Shown here: one piece after another, positions 6,819-10,025 of the stretch
How positions within the stretch are numbered: position 1 is the stretch's first letter
Layout: every line of letters begins with the position of its first letter
DNA from: Archangiaceae bacterium
Lineage (GTDB): Bacteria; Myxococcota; Myxococcia; Myxococcales; Myxococcaceae
NCBI GenBank assembly: GCA_043750125.1
Contig: JAYVCD010000214.1
Coordinates: 1 to 10,025, forward strand
Length of the DNA: 10,025 nucleotides
Direction of reading: 5' to 3'
Translations under genes and position numbers: made by a program
Notes under the pieces: generated by a model
Databases searched by the model: none
Seen by the model: only the letters and a program-made list of their open reading frames with translations
What the model was told of the DNA's origin: nothing

Positions 6819-9772
6819 CGAATGAGAGACACATCGGCCCGGGCCGGGACGTCGACCCGCTCGATGATCGGACCTCCGGTCGATTCGGCGTGAAAGCTGG
6901 CCCAGACCAGGGTGTAGCGGCCGGGGGTCAGGCCGAGGAAGGCCACCCGCTCGTCAATCGGTTGGTAGACGAGCTGCGCGTAGTTGGCCCGCAGCAGCTC
7001 GAGCGGAGGATTGCCCACCGACGGGACGTCTCCTCGCACCAACCACAGCGCATACCCACGCTGCGGGCGCACCCTTACCGAGAGCGAAGAGGTGCCCGGC
7101 GCGGGCCCGAAGTCGAGCTTCGCGCTCTCGCCGGCGACTTCCGAAATCACCGCCAGGGGATCCAGCGCGGTGCGCGCAATGCCCGGAGCGGTGACGACAA
7201 AGCGGTAGATGCCCGGCGGAACATCCAGCGTGTAGCTGCCATCGGGGCCGGTGACGACCGAGACCGGCTCGCTGCGATCTGCATGCAGCCCCTGGATTTC
7301 CACTCCCGGTCCGGGGGTCCCGTCCGGCAACCACACCCTGCCCGTCAGCTGCACTCCCGGCCGCAGCTGCACTTCGATCGGCCCACTGCCCGCGACGACC
7401 GTCTTGGTTCCGGTGCGGCGACCCTTGCGCGCGACCACCGTGAACTCGTGAATGAAGGGCGGGCTGGCGAGGGCAAAGCGGCCGTCCGCGCCCGACCTCA
7501 CCGACTGCTCGCAGGCATCGCACCCCACGACCGCGTCCGGAACCGCCGCCCCACCTTCGTCGCGAATGATTCCTCCCAGCGTGGGCCCGACCGAGAGCAC
7601 CAGGTCGCCTACGTCCGGAATCGACGGTCGGTCGACCATCAGCGGCTCGTAGCCCGGGGCTTCGACCGCGAAGATCACCCGATCTTCGGTCGAAGGAAGG
7701 GGCAGCTCGAACCGACCATCGGCGCTCTCTACGTCGTGATCATCGATGCGGAAGCGCTTGAGCGGCTTGCCTTCGCTCAGCACCCGCCCCTTGAAGACCT
7801 TCTCGCGCTTCACCACCACCTTGACCGGGTCGCCGCCGGCGATTGCGACCACCCGCTCGACCTGCTCGAGCCCACGCTGGGTGACGCGCACCATGTAGTT
7901 GGCCTTCGGCCGCAGTGGACGGATCTCGAACTTCCCGGCCGCATCGGTCACGACCGGCTCGGCCCCGCGGGGAGCGACACTGACCGCCACCCCCGACACG
8001 GGAGTGCCGACCTGGTCCACCACCGTGCCGCTGACCGCTTCGCCCGCCTTCAACTCGGCGTTCACTTTCGACAGCACGCCCTCTTCGATCAGGATCTTCT
8101 GTCGTTCGGAAGGCAGGAAGTCGTCGTGGGAAGCCACCAGCCAGTAGGTGCCGGGGGGCAGGCCTCTCATCATCACCACTCCATCGGCGCCCGAGGGGCG
8201 ATCGCTGCGGAAGCTGCCTTCCTTCTCGATGAACATCACCACGCTCGCGCCCTCGACCCGGCGCCCGGACGAAGTGACCGTGACCTGCGCTCCGGCGCGG
8301 GGCTCGAGCTGAAGGTCGACTCCGCTTTTGGGCGCGGTCACCTTGACGCTTCCCCCGCCCCAATCCGAATGGTGGGCGTGCAGCTCATACAGGCCCGGCG
8401 AAGGCACATTGGCGACGAACTTCCCTTCCTGATCGGCAACCACGCTGTCGCCGGTCGGAGTGACGAGAACTGACACCCCCGGCGCCGGACGCCCGTACTC
8501 GTCGAGCACCCGCCCAGAGATGACCGTGCCTTGTCGGAGCTGAAGCTCGACCGCCGACTCGCCCGCCGTGACTTTCACCGGAGTGGTCCCCGAGATGAAG
8601 CCCGCGGCCGATGCGCGCAGCACATAATCGCCCTGTCCAATCGGCCCGAAGCTCACCAGGTCGCCCGTTTTGGCTTTTCGTTTGTTGACCACTTCCCCGG
8701 TCAAAGTCAGCAGCTGAACTTCGGGATCAGGCACGGGTTGATCGGCCTCGTCGATCACCGTGACCACGATTCGGCCCCCGTCTTCCAGTTCGAGATTGAC
8801 GCGGGTGACGAGCGAATCGAGCGAGACGGTCTGCGGCGCCGACGAGAGCGCGCCCGAAGTCGCCGTCACCATCACCCGATCGGGATAGAGCTGAACGAAG
8901 GTCGCCAGCCCCTGCTGGCTGGGGCCTTCGCGGGCGAGGTGATCGCCGTTGACCTTCACCGAGCCGTCCATCGGATTTCCCGCGTGGGTCAGGGTCACTT
9001 CCAGCCGCCGCGGCTTGAGCAACGTGAGCTTCAATGGGACGGGGCCCGCTTCGACCTGGGGCAGCGCGGTGGGCAGGCGGTTGGGCGACTGGGCCAGCAC
9101 GTAGAACGGCCCTTCCCCCAGTCCTTTGAGCTCGAAGATTCCCTGTGCATCGGCGGTCGTGTGGTGAAAGATCGCCAGCCGCCGCGAAATGGCGTGAACG
9201 GTGCCTGAGATCGGATTGCCGTCTTCATCGCGCAGCTTGCCGGCGATCGATCGCAACGGAGGAAGGAACAGGTCGACCGCTTCTCCTGGAGCTGCGCGTT
9301 CTTTGAGCCCGTCGCCAAAGCCTTCGGCGTGGGCCCAGACGGTGAACGAAACGCCGGCCAGGTGCTCGAACCGAAACTCGCCCTTCGCGTTCGAGCGGGT
9401 CGTCGCCCCGTGTACCAGCTCGCCACGATGGGCCTCGAGCAAGGTCAGGGTCGTCTGGGCCGACGCACGCGCGCGGCAGGACAACTGAAGCTCACCGCAC
9501 ACCGGGCACTTGAGCCCGACCAGGCTCTGTTGGCTGCTGGCCGCGAGAAAGACTTCGGCGTCCCTCACCGGATTGCCCCCGGGGTCGAGCACGACGCCTT
9601 TGAGGGTCAGCCCTTCGTCGCGGGCGAGCACCTCGACGGCAGCGAACTGGGGCAACCCTTCGGCGACTGCGACGGCCTCAATCGGAACGGGCACTGCGTC
9701 GGCCCTGAACCAGAAAAAACCCGCCACCGCGAGGACCAGGACCACGACTCCGGTGACTACCCACCTGCGCAT
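6815..9772 (-). CDS. Membrane-anchored or secreted carboxypeptidase-regulatory-like repeat protein (paralog 1, 985 aa from the ATG at 9772)
   Basis: The ATG at 9772 gives MRRWVVTGVVVLVLAVAGFFWF (signal/TM anchor), preferred over the GTG at 9814. About 11 repeats (LKGVVLDPGGNPVRDAEV, IAGKLRDEDGNPISGTV, ISGRVLDEYGRPAPGVSV, VSGTVVDQVGTPVSGVAV and others). Confidence 0.88.
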   Translation of the reverse strand: MRRWVVTGVVVLVLAVAGFFWFRADAVPVPIEAVAVAEGLPQFAAVEVLARDEGLTLKGVVLDPGGNPVRDAEVFLAASSQQSLVGLKCPVCGELQLSCRARASAQTTLTLLEAHRGELVHGATTRSNAKGEFRFEHLAGVSFTVWAHAEGFGDGLKERAAPGEAVDLFLPPLRSIAGKLRDEDGNPISGTVHAISRRLAIFHHTTADAQGIFELKGLGEGPFYVLAQSPNRLPTALPQVEAGPVPLKLTLLKPRRLEVTLTHAGNPMDGSVKVNGDHLAREGPSQQGLATFVQLYPDRVMVTATSGALSSAPQTVSLDSLVTRVNLELEDGGRIVVTVIDEADQPVPDPEVQLLTLTGEVVNKRKAKTGDLVSFGPIGQGDYVLRASAAGFISGTTPVKVTAGESAVELQLRQGTVISGRVLDEYGRPAPGVSVLVTPTGDSVVADQEGKFVANVPSPGLYELHAHHSDWGGGSVKVTAPKSGVDLQLEPRAGAQVTVTSSGRRVEGASVVMFIEKEGSFRSDRPSGADGVVMMRGLPPGTYWLVASHDDFLPSERQKILIEEGVLSKVNAELKAGEAVSGTVVDQVGTPVSGVAVSVAPRGAEPVVTDAAGKFEIRPLRPKANYMVRVTQRGLEQVERVVAIAGGDPVKVVVKREKVFKGRVLSEGKPLKRFRIDDHDVESADGRFELPLPSTEDRVIFAVEAPGYEPLMVDRPSIPDVGDLVLSVGPTLGGIIRDEGGAAVPDAVVGCDACEQSVRSGADGRFALASPPFIHEFTVVARKGRRTGTKTVVAGSGPIEVQLRPGVQLTGRVWLPDGTPGPGVEIQGLHADRSEPVSVVTGPDGSYTLDVPPGIYRFVVTAPGIARTALDPLAVISEVAGESAKLDFGPAPGTSSLSVRVRPQRGYALWLVRGDVPSVGNPPLELLRANYAQLVYQPIDERVAFLGLTPGRYTLVWASFHAESTGGPIIERVDVPARADVSLIR

Positions 9773-9780
9773 GTTTATGG

Positions 9781-9999
9781 GGACCGCCACCCGCGAAGCT
9801 AGCGCTCCTGACACTCGGGGGGCGAGCGGTGTTCCCGTAGGGTGACCCCAATGTCGTCTTTCAGGAGTCCATCGCCGCTCGATGCGGGCGGGCTTGCTTC
9901 CGAACCTCGAACCCTGGCTCTTGAGTGAAGCCTAGCCCGACCTTCGCAGACTTCGGCGGTTGAGCGGGGTCAGCGATGGTGCTTTCACGAGGGAGGGCC
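9781..9999 (-). ncRNA. Candidate structured RNA (5' leader or standalone ncRNA), family unassigned
   Basis: Two abutting long hairpins (9869-9979 and 9805-9867) enclosed by an imperfect terminal stem (9781-9803 with 9981-9999). Four positions are G-U pairs on the minus strand but C-A mismatches on the plus strand. Confidence 0.45.
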
Positions 10000-10019
10000 T
10001 TGTGCGGGAAGATCGCGCA

Positions 10020-10025
10020 ATGGTA
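10020..10025 (-). promoter_or_regulatory. Possible sigma70-type -10 hexamer (TACCAT)
   Basis: Matches TAnnnT and would start transcription near 10013, just 5' of the structured element. The -35 region lies outside the window. Confidence 0.2.

Noticed and set aside
1566-9802. Long plus-strand ORFs (e.g. 1566-2363, 2712-3755, 5583-6893, 6890-8473, 8531-9208) and alternative-frame minus ORFs
   Set aside because: Shadow ORFs of well-supported genes, expected in high-GC DNA. The translations are Arg/His/Gly-rich with no motifs.
9856-9866. Glycine riboswitch-like CTTTCAGG
   Set aside because: The upstream GGAGA…CCGAAG elements are missing and it is on the strand opposite the operon.
9817-10023. 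Resemblance to Bacillus-type large SRP RNA (GGGGGGCGAGCGGTG… and GCGCAATGG) and to 6S RNA (CCTCGAACC)
   Set aside because: No CAGGnnnGnAAnnnAGCAG helix-8 motif in the window, the spacing between the motifs is too long, and the Alu helices do not form. The fold is not a single rod with a central bubble as in 6S.
9781-10025. Retron msr-msd on the plus strand (a2 arm, UAG branch-like G at 9802, hairpin B as msr, hairpin A as msd, a1 arm, ATG at 10020)
   Set aside because: The layout is suggestive and myxobacteria carry retrons, but the a1/a2 arms are poorly complementary on the plus strand (C-A mismatches) and no reverse transcriptase is visible. Reconsider only if an RT gene starts just beyond 10020.
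9861-10025. Open minus-strand frame running in from the window edge (YHCAIFPHK…AAMDS*, TGA at 9863-9861)
   Set aside because: No recognisable motif, weak codon bias (16 of 54 codons end in A/T) and overlap with the strong hairpin. It cannot be fully excluded as the tail of an upstream gene.
1-10025. CRISPR arrays, tRNA/rRNA, IS elements, nucleotide tandem repeats, intrinsic terminators
   Set aside because: None seen. The repeats exist only at the protein level, and the intergenic gaps (659-704, 3738-3788) have no hairpin followed by a U-tract.

Overview
GC-rich bacterial DNA, probably Myxococcota/deltaproteobacteria (inferred from gene content). Six minus-strand genes form a likely operon. 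In transcription order: two colinear paralogous ~1000-aa N-terminally anchored proteins, each with about 11 carboxypeptidase-regulatory-like beta-sandwich repeats and a shared CPVC-x6-C insert; coaBC; a family-4 [4Fe-4S] uracil-DNA glycosylase; an alpha/beta-hydrolase esterase; and a small predicted 8-stranded outer-membrane beta-barrel with a His-rich loop. Best leads: (1) a ~220-nt, extensively base-paired, three-way-junction element (9781-9999) directly upstream of the first gene, with G-U pairs favouring the minus strand and an alternative, mutually exclusive pairing; I could not assign it to a known RNA family; (2) the paired repeat proteins with a conserved three-Cys motif; (3) a CoaC domain with Asp at the position of the catalytic Cys. 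All folding and alignments were done by eye.
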